NCBI RefSeq assembly: GCF_036588685.1 | Contig: NC_086382.1 | Location: 59,396,001-59,460,000 of the forward strand | Source: Mytilus trossulus | Taxonomy: Eukaryota | Reading direction: 5' to 3' | Length of the DNA stretch: 64,000 nt | In this document: piece after piece, positions 13,098 through 24,750 of the stretch | Layout of the letters: each line of letters begins with the position of its first letter | How positions within the stretch are numbered: position 1 is the stretch's first letter | Position numbers and translations under genes: made by a program | Notes under the pieces: model-generated | Told to the model about the DNA's origin: nothing | Seen by the model: only the letters and a program-made list of their open reading frames with translations | Databases searched by the model: none

Positions 13098-16000
13098 TTA
13101 TAAATTGCATATTTTACAAAGACCATTTTTAGGAATTCCAGTGGGTCTACTTTCTCCTCTTCCAATTATTGGTACTCGTTCGAAATGTCCTTGTTGGTTT
13201 TCAATTATTCTTGAAATGTTCACTGCTTCTGTATAAAACACTTCAACACGAAGTCCATTGCTTAAATAAACTATAACTTCATAAAAATCTTCTTTTGTTT
13301 CACTGAGGTATATGAACGGATTATGTCTTATATCAAGTTTAAGAAGTCGTCTTTCACAAAATTGATCAGTTGGAGACCTTTTGGGAGTTAATACGACGGT
13401 CACATAATGAACCCGATAATGACAAAAAAAATCTGCAAAATATAAATTAAAGTTTGGTGTAAATAATGTAATGGCATCAATATGTAATCTTACTGGTCCA
13501 TATAATGATTCAGGCAAAGGCTTCATAGTTTGAAAATCTACAGCAGTACTAAAAAATAATCCATCTATATGTCCGTTTATAACAGAACACGGATCTCCAT
13601 TATGGTCCTTTGTATACGGCTTCATTATCCCAGAATGATATTCTCTTACGGATGCAAAGTACATTTCCGATTTATTTCTATACAGATAGTCAATAGTATG
13701 GAATTTCCCTGGTAAAGTTTTGATGAAACTTAACGTCCTGTTGTGAAGAGCTTGGTATTCTTGTTTCGTAAAATCTAGAAAGAAAACATTGAATCATGGC
13801 AATTTATACATTTTTTTTTTACAAAATATATTCAGGTAGTTATCTAAATACGGGCGGCTAGTTACTAAGAAACACCGAGAAAGCATATATTTATTATCAA
13901 TCAAGACTATATATACTAATATAAGAAAAAAATAAGTTACTCTTCAACAATTACAATGTTGGTGTCGTCCTTTCTCGTATCTATAGGGTAAAAGTATTAC
14001 TAGTATTACATTCAATCGGGTTTATGTTGGTCTTTTTTGTACCCAAGGTGAAAGATGTCAATTTTGGAGCGCCATGATTAGATATAAGGGTAGAGTATAA
14101 TTTGTTTTATGAATCTATGAATACCTACAGTGTGTATATCTACAATGTAAATTTTGAAACTCATTGAAATATGTTCTTGAGAATTATTCGAAAAGACCAT
14201 AAAATATTCATAAACTTGATGTGAAATGATTGTAGAATGGTTACCATAAGTGAGCTCCGTTCTAAGATTGGCATGATTCTATTTGACTTCAATTTCTCAA
14301 ACAGAATATACAGTTATAATAACGCACATAGCTTTTTTGTCCAGGTTTTTATTATAAAAATTTAGAAAATGTTAAGGGAGAATCAATAATACCGTTTGTC
14401 TTTGATGTAAATGACTTATCACAGCTATTTCTGAAACCAATCCTTTTTATAATTAAACATGGCAAAAATAATATAAAGATTTAAAGGATGTGTGTCATTT
14501 ATAGTAACTGGTACAACTGAAAAATATAAACTTACACGATTTAAATCTTAACTTTTCACTGTTTACTTCATTCGCAATAATTCGAACCACATCACTTTCA
14601 TATAAAACAGAGCCAATTATAGCTTTTATTTCACAATTCCTAGCTGCATGGAGTTCGAATGGTAGTCTGAATTTCAGTCGCTTGCCAGTATGTATAAAGA
14701 AACATATCTTTTCGCCATGCTGTTTAAAAATCAAAATCCACGTTTTATCTGACTGGTATTTCTGATTACTGTTGAAAGTATACCTAGAATTTGGCTTATG
14801 ATGTACACTAATTTGGAGATTATCCTACAACAAGAAAAATTCCATGTTTTAGTTTAAGGACTATAATCACTGAAAGAATGAAAGAATGAAAATTGCAAAA
14901 ATATGAAAAACAAGAAAATGTTTGTTCTTTCAAAAACTAGAACACTTACATATATATGTTTAGCTTATTTCGGCATACCATGATCATATGGTTTTTGTAA
15001 ACTCAAAGAATTATATTATCAAACCTTTTGGTAAAAAAAAATATTTTCATTTAAAGTGTTTCTGCACTGAAGTTCAAAAAGTTGTCGGAGGAAGATGTTA
15101 TTTTTTTCTCCTCAAAAAAACATTGCTTACATTTTTGGCAATATAAAACCAAATCGATTGACGAAAAAATTGCATTAATTTTCATATGTTTTTTTCTGTA
15201 TTATTCTTATAATAAGAATATGATCCTATCAATAGACGCTCGTTGTATAAATGCTGGTAAAACCGATATATCGTATTATAACAAACATATGTTACTTCAA
15301 ATAATTAAATGTCATATTTAGTTTCAAGAGAATTGCGGCTAGTTAAAAAAAATCGACACTTTTAATGTAGTTAGTCAATACAAAGATTGGAAAACTTAAT
15401 GTCTTTGATTCGTGCATCATTTATCGCTTTTTATTTATTGTTGGTTTGATCTGAATAGCTTTCCTTTCATTAAACTGCATTTCATTGCAATTGTTAAAAA
15501 GATAATAATGTTAGATAGTTTTTACCGTCCAGTGGAAAATAATGCATGCATATTTTAAGGTTAAATAAATATACTAGTATATGAAACCTACTTTGTACTA
15601 GAAGGACACGCAGTGCTACATTTTAATGTGGGTTTTTTTCACAAGATAACTGTCCATAAAAATATTTATGTCGTCCTAAATAGACTTATCTCAAACCAAA
15701 CAGTTTTGGTTCTTCCTCTTCTGTGTATTCTGAATACCTATGAAATAGGCAGAAAATGCTAATTTTTAGACTTGTTTTATCCTGCTCGTGATCGAAAAAA
15801 AGGACATGTCGAATTCGATGCCATAATACCACCGAGGAGGTTACTACTTTACTTCTTTCTGCGCTAGATAAATATGTGATATATTCACTATAGAGGCTAA
15901 TTGAAAAGTAGAAACAAATGTTAAATTTCCTATAACCAAATTTGAAAATCACTTCTAATTAAGGAATGTATCTCCCTAATTCAAAGCTCTAATTTCTAAC

Positions 16001-17322
16001 CTAGCTGTGGCTTTACTTATTGTCTTATACGCTTATCATTTTTTCTATTAGTTTTGGATTTATTAATATTTTGGCCTCGAACATCAGTGAAGATACATTT
16101 TTTTGACTAAATGCACATACGTTGATGATGTTACCTTTGAAGCGCAGTCTACTGGAAGTAATACACATTCTTGTGCAGACAACCTCATGTTGAGGTTTAG
16201 ATTTGATGCTGAGTGACCTTTCATTACTGAAAATAAAGCTGTTATTTAGACAATTGAATTCAAACCGTTTTGATAACTGATATGTTGATAAACTAATGTT
16301 TTGTCTACTACCAAATGTTTCAAAACATATTGTATATAGTTATCAAAGGTATCAGGATTATAATTTAATACGCCTGACGCGCATTTCGTCTACACAAGAC
16401 TCATCAGTGACGCTCAGATCAAAATAGTTATAAGGCCAAACAAGTAACAAGTTGAAAAGCATTAAGGACCAAAAATTCAAAAAAAGTTGTGCAAAATACG
16501 GCTAAGGTAATCTATATCTGGGATAAGAAAATCCTTAGGTTTTCGAAAAATTTAAAGTTTTGTCGATAGGAAATTTATGAATACGATATAATTGATACTC
16601 ATGTCAACACAGAAGTGCTGACTACTACTTATCTACTTCACCTTGAGTAATTGTCATTGAATCAAACTAATGGGCACTTTTAAGATTCTTTTAGTTAAAC
16701 CGAATAGTTAAAAGTTTGTATGTGGATTATGCAACACTTATCTTGCAGTTGTTGTTTTTTTCCCACTTGTTGAGTGATAGTGTTTGTCGTTGTAAGTTTC
16801 TGTGGATTTTTTCTTTTTTATTTGGTCTTTGAGTTTGGTATTGTTGTTATATGTTTTACTCATTATGAGAGTATTGTATTTTTTAATGTGTGGTTTCAAC
16901 ATCATATTCCTTAAAAAGAAGAACCATTTTCTTTTCAAGTTGATGTGATAAAGGCAAAAACAAAACCAACAACATTAAGAATTAAATAAAAATTAAATAA
17001 TCAATATTGATTTATTACCTTGAAAAACTTTTCTTCCATACGATTGACATTCATAAAACTCTCTATCTGATGCCATCTTTTTTCGCAAACCATAAATTTC
17101 TAGACAATAACTGCAACCAGAACCAGACAAAAAGTTCATTGGCAACTCATGTTCCTTTGTTGATATATCAGCAGTTAGTGATATGCCGTAGTGTGGTGCA
17201 TGTTCATATACAAGGAACAACATTAAGATATCTACATCTTGGTTTGGAATAATAACTTTGAAGCATATTTGTCCGCAAACGCTATCAATCTGTCCACAAA
17301 AAAATACTTCCAATGTGGACAT
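13098..17322 (-). CDS. PHYHIP-like (phytanoyl-CoA hydroxylase-interacting protein-like) paralogue B, 326 aa
   Basis: Exons 17322-17019 (ATG TCC ACA; donor CAA G|GTAAT) and 13774-13098 (acceptor TTTCTAG|AT) give 981 nt in frame. The C-terminal exon has PHYHIP C-domain motifs YRNK, MKPYxKDxNGDP, INGxIxGLFFS, PxxSxYG, NLYFADFFC, HYVTVV, VEVFYTE and terminal CKICN. Confidence 0.85.
16335..16630 (-). mobile_element. Hammerhead-bearing retroelement monomer
   Basis: Colinear homology with 2342-2576. Shares blocks with the 21926-22585 unit (AGTAGTCAG..TGACATG, CTAAGG, GAGCGT-hammerhead). Confidence 0.75.
16369..16414 (-). ncRNA. Type-I hammerhead ribozyme in a dispersed repeat copy (intron of PHYHIP-like B, sense strand)
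   Basis: Minus strand CGUCA-CUGAUGA-GUCU-UGUGU-AGAC-GAAA-UGCGCG-UC|AGGCG. Core intact; first stem I pair is an A-A mismatch. Confidence 0.7.
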
Positions 17323-18360
17323 CTTAAGCACATGAACCGTGGATTGTCTCTCTGCAACCTAGATATGTCTATTTACGTCAGTCATAGCTGCTTAAATTCG
17401 ATAACTATACAATTGTCTTCTTTTTTTTTATCGTTAACAACAAAGCTATAATTTAAAGGTAAACATTCACAATTAACTTCCTGGTCAGAAACAAGGACCA
17501 ACAAAGCTATATATATATTTACTTTTTTTCTTCAACTTTATCCCTACTAAGTTGAAAATAAAGCTATTCGAATTCATATTCCACTTGATGCCCTATCAAA
17601 ATATAAGTTAAGTCCCAGGTTATTTATGGTGACTAGACGGTTGGCCTTGTAAATTAAGACACTCATTTATAATTTGAAATTTGTCACGTGAATATGATTA
17701 CACAAAAAATATCCTAATTGACCGCTGATATCACTTTGGCTGGTTATAGAAAAAAATATTAATCAATGGAGGGAAACATCAAAGATATCAAGTAAAAATT
17801 ATATTAACAGTTTTGATAATAAAAACAAGATAAATTAGTATGCATGTTCATTCATTCTAAAAGTGCAAAACAGAAATCAAAAGACTTTAATTTAAATGAG
17901 AGAGAAAAATTGAAATACAAACCAAGCGGCTTCTTGACACTCTGATCAAGTAAACACTATCTCGTGTCCGTCCATTGGTCACACAAAGGTATACATGTTG
18001 GTTGTTTAGTAGATCATAGATTTCAGGAAATCTTGTTTACTGATTTAACAAATAAACGACGTAGAAATGTTTAGTCAATCCGGAGTTCATGTTTGATAAA
18101 TTCTTACTTAGTCTTGATGAGATGTAACACTGTAAATGCAAAGGAAAATTCAGCTGTGCTGAGTGCATATGTACATATATGTACTGTCACATACATTTAA
18201 AAACGTACACAACCAAAACGAAGGTATTGTTTTGTTTACATTTAACAGTTACATTAACTGTATGTTTTTAAAGAATCCGTTATTTTGATTGGATAACAAC
18301 GCTTGAAATAAATGATAAATTCGATTTTTCATGATCATATCGAATGTTTTTCTTAGTTAT

Positions 18361-18466
18361 TTCATGAGGTTGTAAAAGCGTTGATCGTGCGGACATCTTT
18401 AAATAAAGCGCTTCTGCATTTCATACAAAATGAACTTCGGTCAACGCTTTTACACCCCAATGAATT
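18361..18466. repeat. Short fold-back (hairpin) repeat
   Basis: TTCATGAGGTTGTAAAAGCGTTGA ... TCAACGCTTTTACACCCCAATGAA imperfect inverted arms. Confidence 0.6.
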
Positions 18467-18556
18467 TACAATAAGAAGCATCCAATTTTTTAAATTGCAG
18501 CCAATTATAATATGTAATATATATGATTTTTTCTATTTTATATAGTTTTTATATAA

Positions 18557-19340
18557 AAAGTAAAATCACAATAATAATGAACTCAGAGGAGAATCCAATC
18601 GGAAAATCCATAATCACATGGCAAAATCTAATGACAAAACACATAAAAAACGAATTGATAAGAACTGTCATATTCCTGACTTGGTACAGGTATTTTCAAA
18701 TGTAGAAAATGGCGGATTAAACCTGGTTTTAAAGCGCTAAACCTCTCACTTTGATGACAGTCTCATCCAATTCCGTTATATTTACAATGATGCATGAACT
18801 TAACAGACACCACATCTTCCTATATCTATAAAATAAATAAAATAGTCAAAATATGGGTACAGCAGTCATCATCGTGTAACAATTTTAAAAGGAACAATTT
18901 AACAGAACACAAAAAACATCTTACTACGAACGCATTCATTGATTCGCGTGTCTGGCGTCAGAAAATGTGAAACGTCACATAAATTTGTCGTTCAATGTAT
19001 ATACAATCAATTTACAAATTTCACATGGGCAATGGTAGCATACAGGGTTCAAAAATCAAAAGTATGTAAGAATTAATTTCAGAAATAGACCGAGATTTAA
19101 AATAGTCCAAAAGTTAGATAGAATTTATAATCATCCAAAAATAGTTCATTCCACTACGCGATTGAATACTTTTGAAGTTTGTGGTTTAACGTATTTTCTA
19201 ATTCATAATAAAAATATATCATGACATATAATAGAACTATATCATACTGACAAAGACACGTTATAAGAACCAAAGAAACACAAAAAGTTGCATATACAAA
19301 ATATACCAGCAAAAAATTGAAGATAATACAAACACATCGA
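18557..19340. repeat. Interspersed repeat, second copy (empty site for the 2342-2576 insertion)
   Basis: Colinear with 1693-2740 apart from the hammerhead-element insertion. Confidence 0.8.
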
Positions 19341-19698
19341 AAGATTGTAGGTCCATGACTGTGTATATGTATATAACATATTTAGTTTGCTTTTAATTTA
19401 CTGATTACAATATCAAAAGTTATACCAATAAAAATAATATTCAATGATTTTATTACAGTGTTGCATTGGTAATCTTTTAGAAAAAGTTTATTTAAAGGAG
19501 CGATAAGTCTACCAGGATCATGTTGTTTTGACTATCATTTTTATTTTGTACGTTTCTCTTTGATGAAAGTACTGGCGTATGTTTGTGTTATATTTCTGTC
19601 ACGTAGTGTGACGTATGCGGGAGATTTTGCATGTCATTAAACCAGAATCAATCGAACATGTTTTTAATTTTGTTCTTTAATTGTCCAGTACCATGTCA

Positions 19699-19936
19699 GA
19701 GGGGGGGACCGGGGGATACCCTTCTCCCTTCTCCCACCCCTCTTCTCCTTTCTCCTACCCCTCTTCTCCTTTCTCTCACCCCTCTTCTCCTTTTTTTTGA
19801 ATTTACCGGAAAAAAGAGAGATATTTAATTTTTTCATATTTTATTTTTTCTCCAACTTTTTCTCCTTTATCCCAGACTTCTTCTCCTTTCTCCTATCCCC
19901 TTTCTCCCTGTCTCCCTTACCCCTGTCCTCCCCCTC
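19699..19936. mobile_element. Small MITE with G-rich TIRs and a CT-rich 21-bp tandem core
   Basis: GAGGGGGGGACCGGGGG versus reverse complement GAGGGGGAGGACAGGGG. ATGTCA is duplicated at the flanks. Internal (CCCCTCTTCTCCTTTCTC..)n repeats. Confidence 0.65.
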
Positions 19937-22154
19937 ATGTCAGGTATATGGCAGTAGTTCGTTTCTATATGTGTTGGCGTTTGTTTTGTTGCACTTCGGT
20001 TTTCCTGTTGTTCCTTTAAATTGTTTTCCTATTATATTTTCCCTCGGTTTTTGTGTGTAGGTTTTTTTTACTTAATTGATATATGTCTTTTGAACACTGT
20101 TATGCTACTATTGCCTTTATTATACAAAAAAATCTAATTCACTGAAAAAAAATAGAAAAAAAATTATTGATTTCAAAAAGTAAAATTTGAAACTGATAGA
20201 TCTTGACAATCTACAATATTCGTAACCATTGAAACTCGAACCTTCAACAATTCTTTGATTACTATTCATAATATAATGATGTATCAATAGGATTGTATGA
20301 ACGGATTTTTTGTTCTCAAGAGTCAATTGTTATGTTCAATCGACATCATAATTATGTTGAAGTTGTCGTAACCTTTTTATGGATAATTTTAATTGTCTGC
20401 TAGGCACAAATTAAAACAAGACATTCCACTAAAGTTAAGATATTTATATGAGACATATTGTAGTAAACATCTAAAGGTGTATTAGGTCTTTGTCCTTTTA
20501 AAATATGTCAGATTGCATGAACTGAATTAAAGCACTTAATAAACGTTGACACATTTCACTCAAATATGTAAAAACTGTAATATGACAGACTTATGTCATA
20601 TTAAACCTCACTCACGCTTTTGAATGATTTGTAAGACTAAGTTTGTTTTAGAATTTTAGGGGCAAAAACGTTTCCTTGTTATAAAATTACTTTTTTTAAT
20701 ATTCATGTAAAAGTGTTGAGTTAGATTTCCAAAATGAATTGTTATTTTCAGTATTTTAAAAACATGACAAAAGCTAAATGAATTCAACGAACAACTGTCG
20801 AAAACTCTTGTCACATTAAGCATGTTAAGGGAGGTGAAAAATACCAAATGGACATTAAATCTCAATCAAATAAAAACTAAACTGACCATGATATGACAAA
20901 ACAAAAAGCGAAACAGATCAAGAGACAAACAACAGTATACAAAACACAACATAGAAAGTCAAAGACTGAGTAAGACGAAACCCAAAAAAAACAGGGAGGA
21001 TTTCATTTACTTCCGATTGAACAGATCTTCCTGTCTTGCGTGCAAATATGTATGTAAGAATTTATTTCAATAAATTAGATTATGGAAGGAATATATTACT
21101 GATATTGTTTACTAAAGATTTTTTTTTTTAATTGAATCTAAGGCATTTCCAGCGCCTTGACATTGAACTTGAAAATCACGAGACGGCAACTTTGAAATAA
21201 ACGAGTCCATTGTAATACTTAAACTGGATATCAATTAAAACAAACAAATTTTACTCAAAAATTGTTACTTAAAGGATTTTAAGTAATTCTTAAAGCGATG
21301 TAATAAAATGTATCCCAAATGGTTTATGTGGATTTGTTGTTAGTCTTTTTTTTTCTCGAATTTAAATCTCTATCTTATCTGGTGAAATCGTGTTTCTGCT
21401 TCTGAATAGTTTATCTTGTCATGAAATTATTTTTTTTTGCTTCGTCTTATCAGTTTGACTATCCGCTTCTCCTCTCTCCCATTTTCAACCACGGCTACAT
21501 GTATGTGTACTGAAAAAAAGTGATATCACAAAAATACCAAACTCCAAAGAAAATTCAAAACGGAAAGTCAACAATCAAATAGCAAATTATCAAAGGTACC
21601 AGGATTATAATTTAATAAGTAACCCACAAGTTCAAACGCATCAAACGAATGGATAACAAACTGTCATATTCCTGACTTGAAAGGACAGCTGGATTGTTAT
21701 TTCAGCGATGAGTCCCTTGTTTGATCTAGGACGTGAAATATCCTCATTCAGTTGTTTCCACTCTACCATCGTTTTTGGATAGCCCTCATGTTAGGTTACT
21801 AGTACTTGTCTTGAGGTGGCACAATATAAAGATTTTATAACTTGAACTCTCAATTTTTAAAATGCTGTAACTTTCTAAAAAATGCTTGAACAAAAAGTGG
21901 TAGTTGTGGATAGCTAACTTATTATATCAGCTCAGTAGTCAGTATTTCGGTACTGACATGATTTAACAAACTTTACTAAAATTTGTCCGTTTATAAATTT
22001 ATAAATTACATATATTAAGAAACTAAGGTTTCAACTCCCTCAGGCAAAGTTGGCTTTAGATGAATTTGGCTATTTATTTTAGGTATTTTTGACATACAGC
22101 TCTTCAACGGTTTCGGTACTTATACATCTTCGGATTTCAAATGTTTGGCTTTGA

Positions 22155-22196
22155 GCGTTCCTGATGAAGGTAAATCTAGAAAAGCGCTTCGGACGC
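22155..22196 (+). ncRNA. Type-I hammerhead ribozyme (copy 1 of tandem)
   Basis: GCGUUC-CUGAUGA-AGGUAAAUCUA-GAAA-AGCGCU-UC|GGACGC. Stem I is GCGUUC/GGACGC, stem III is minimal and palindromic (AAGCGCUU), stem II is weak. Predicted cleavage after 22190. Confidence 0.75.
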
Positions 22197-22510
22197 AAGA
22201 AATTAATAACGTGTTGTTTTCAATATTTTACATCACTGGGTCAATACCTCTGCTGGTGGACTATCAGTCCCCGAGGGTATCATCAGCTCAGTAGTCAGTA
22301 TTTCGGTACTGACATGATTTAACAAACTTTACTAAATTTTGTCCGTTTATAAATTTATAAATTATTAAGAAACTAAGGTTTCAACTCCCTCAGGCAAAGT
22401 TGGCTTTAGATGAATTTGGCTATCTATTTTAGGTATTTTTGACATACAGCTCTTCAACGGTTTCGGTACTTACTAGTATACATCTTCGGATTTCAAATGT
22501 TTGGCTTTGA

Positions 22511-22552
22511 GCGTTCCTGATGAAGGTAAATCCAGAAAAGCGCTTCGGACGC
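22511..22552 (+). ncRNA. Type-I hammerhead ribozyme (copy 2 of tandem)
   Basis: GCGUUC-CUGAUGA-AGGUAAAUCCA-GAAA-AGCGCU-UC|GGACGC. Predicted cleavage after 22546. Confidence 0.78.
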
Positions 22553-23339
22553 AAGAAATTAATAACGTGTTGTTTTCAATATTTTATTACTCTTTCAAAT
22601 AAATGCAATGTTAGTATGATGCAACAATTATGTAACCAATTATAATGTTAACTGTGTCTAAAATATTTTTCACCAAATTTCCACTTTCAAATGAAATTAG
22701 CTTCTGTATAGGTATTCCTAGAGGATTGGTTTTATTATATGTTGTTCCTATGGCCATTATCTACTAAAGGGTGCCTCAGATTTGAGATAGAATGTATAGA
22801 ACAAATTTTACACCTAATTAAACATTATTTTCTTTTGGTTATGATGTTCACATTAATTAGAGATTTATGAGAGAATGAAATACCATAGGGACAATTTGAG
22901 ACACTCTTTTGAAGCCCATGGTGTGTTGATTAAGATTTCGTTAAAAAAAATGTATAGTTAAACAGATGAAAGAGCTAATGTCGTTCAAGTGAACTGACCG
23001 AGATTTTGCCATTAATTACATAATAATTGATTACACAATGATTGCATAATAAAAATATTGCATTCATTTAAAAGTTCAATCTTTTATCTATCTATATATA
23101 CCTCTTTTATTATTTTGATTGCATTCATAAGAAAGTTACAGCATTTTAAAGGTAAGTGATTGGAAGTAAAAAAATCTTTGTATTGTGCTACCTTAACTTG
23201 ATGTTTGTTTCTTGTGAGTATTAGATAATCTTTCAAGACCATAGATAAGGGTTTGTTTGAACTTGTTTGATTATTTAGTTGATAGAAGTGTTTCGGTTTC
23301 TGGTGAACATAAATAAAGCGTTAAATTTTAGACTCCAGT

Positions 23340-24750
23340 TTTATGTTAACACTTACACCAATTTCAGATCTTTTTTTGGAGAATTTGGCTGTTGTTAGTT
23401 GTGTTGAGTTTTCATTGAAATAAGTAGGCATGTGTAATGATTCGAAAATAAAGACTTTCTGTATTTTTCCAAGATTTTCTCTTTTAGGATTAAGCCAACA
23501 AATGAGGTTCAATATTGTTTAAAAACGTAATACCAAATGCATTCAAAAATTTCTAAAAAGTACAGTATGTTTCCTATTACTTATCTTTGATGAGTGTTTG
23601 CAGAAGTACTTGAACCTTAATCCATGGTTCTATTTTGTCAGTACTTTGAACTTTTGCAGGTTGAATAGGATTACAGAATTCACGGATTAATGAAACGGAC
23701 CTGTACGTTTCTGCTGTTTTTAATGCTGGAGCCTTATTAGCACTTTATTAGTCTTCTGGTAGTCTTGATACTGCTTACTTTATATGTTTTATGACGATCA
23801 GACATTGTTCGAGTGCTTCTGTCCAATTCTTAAGAATGGTATTTGGATTTCCGTCTGGTCCCTTAGATAAGGATAGATGTACACTATTCAGAAACTTGTT
23901 TACGCCTTCCAGTGTTATGTTCAGTTTTGTAATGTTTAATGTAGTTTTTTTTTCAATGTAAATCTGGATCTGACTTTGTTAACACAGATTTGAAGTGATG
24001 TTTAGAATTTCTGTCGTTTCTTTTGTGTCGTTCGTTAGGCCTCAATTCAATTCCAGAGGTGCTAAATCAATATTGTCTAGATTCTCTGCTTTTATATACT
24101 GGTAGGTCCAGACTGCTTGAATGCTATTTTGTCGAATCTTCCATTTATGATAACATTTATGTAATATTGTTCGAAAATTGACGCCAGTTGCCATTCTGTT
24201 TAGCTTCTAGTCTGTTTTCGACATGTTTGTGTAATCATATTGCTTTCCATTTGTGCATCCCATGTAGATGTCTGTTTGACCAATAGACTGACCGAATGTT
24301 TCGATATCATTTTGAGTGTTTCGATATCATTTTGAACGGTCAATTTAAGTCCATAGCTTTGTGGGTGTACTTCATTCAAGTCAATCCGTTGACGTCTCAT
24401 TTATCTGCTTGATTGTATAGATATCCTTGTTATTATGTAAAACATATGTTAGTTCGTTACGTGACATCGCTCTTACAAAGATGTATCGAGGTTGTGGGCG
24501 TTGCTTACAGAAGTATTGTGTTATCATGTAATCTGTGAAGACGATGTCGTTGTCTGAAATTTCCACTGCATTTTCAGCTGATTTGTAGATGAGGGACTGG
24601 TTGTGAATATTAGATCCAATATGTTTCGTTTACTTCACGGCGTGTTTGTCATGAAGTTGGACATGTCAATGATGGCCGTGTTCAATGTTCAGTCCTTTGA
24701 TTACTCGGCAATATTGACATTTAGTATTGAATGTTAGAAATTTCTCGCTT
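23340..24750 (-). pseudogene. Highly decayed LINE (CR1/L2-like) ORF2 fragment
   Basis: Minus-strand remnants of SKGPDG(x)P (~23850-23870), YR(P/S)VSL (~23685-23710) and a degenerate LDFxxAFD (~23530-23560) in the expected order. Confidence 0.5.

Larger units (their letters stand above)
21926..22585 (+). mobile_element. Tandem ~356-bp repeat with hammerhead ribozymes (non-LTR retrozyme-like), ~1.85 units
   Basis: Near-identical direct repeat with period 356 (CTGATGA at 22161 and 22517). Each unit has a type-I hammerhead core. Possible TTATTA target duplication at the flanks. Confidence 0.85.
21815..23192. mobile_element. Kolobok-like MITE hosting the retrozyme tandem
   Basis: TIRs GGTGGCACAATATAAAGATTTT and AAAATCTTTGTATTGTGCTACC, plus subterminal AATGCTGTAACTTTCT / AGAAAGTTACAGCATT. 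Flanks TTGA and TTAA. Confidence 0.7.

Noticed and set aside
22235-22313. Second (antisense) hammerhead or HDV-like ribozyme in the retrozyme unit
   Set aside because: The minus-strand CUGAUGA has no correctly placed GAAA or stem II partner, and the pseudoknot lacks the P4 and J4/2 catalytic-C segment of HDV-like ribozymes.
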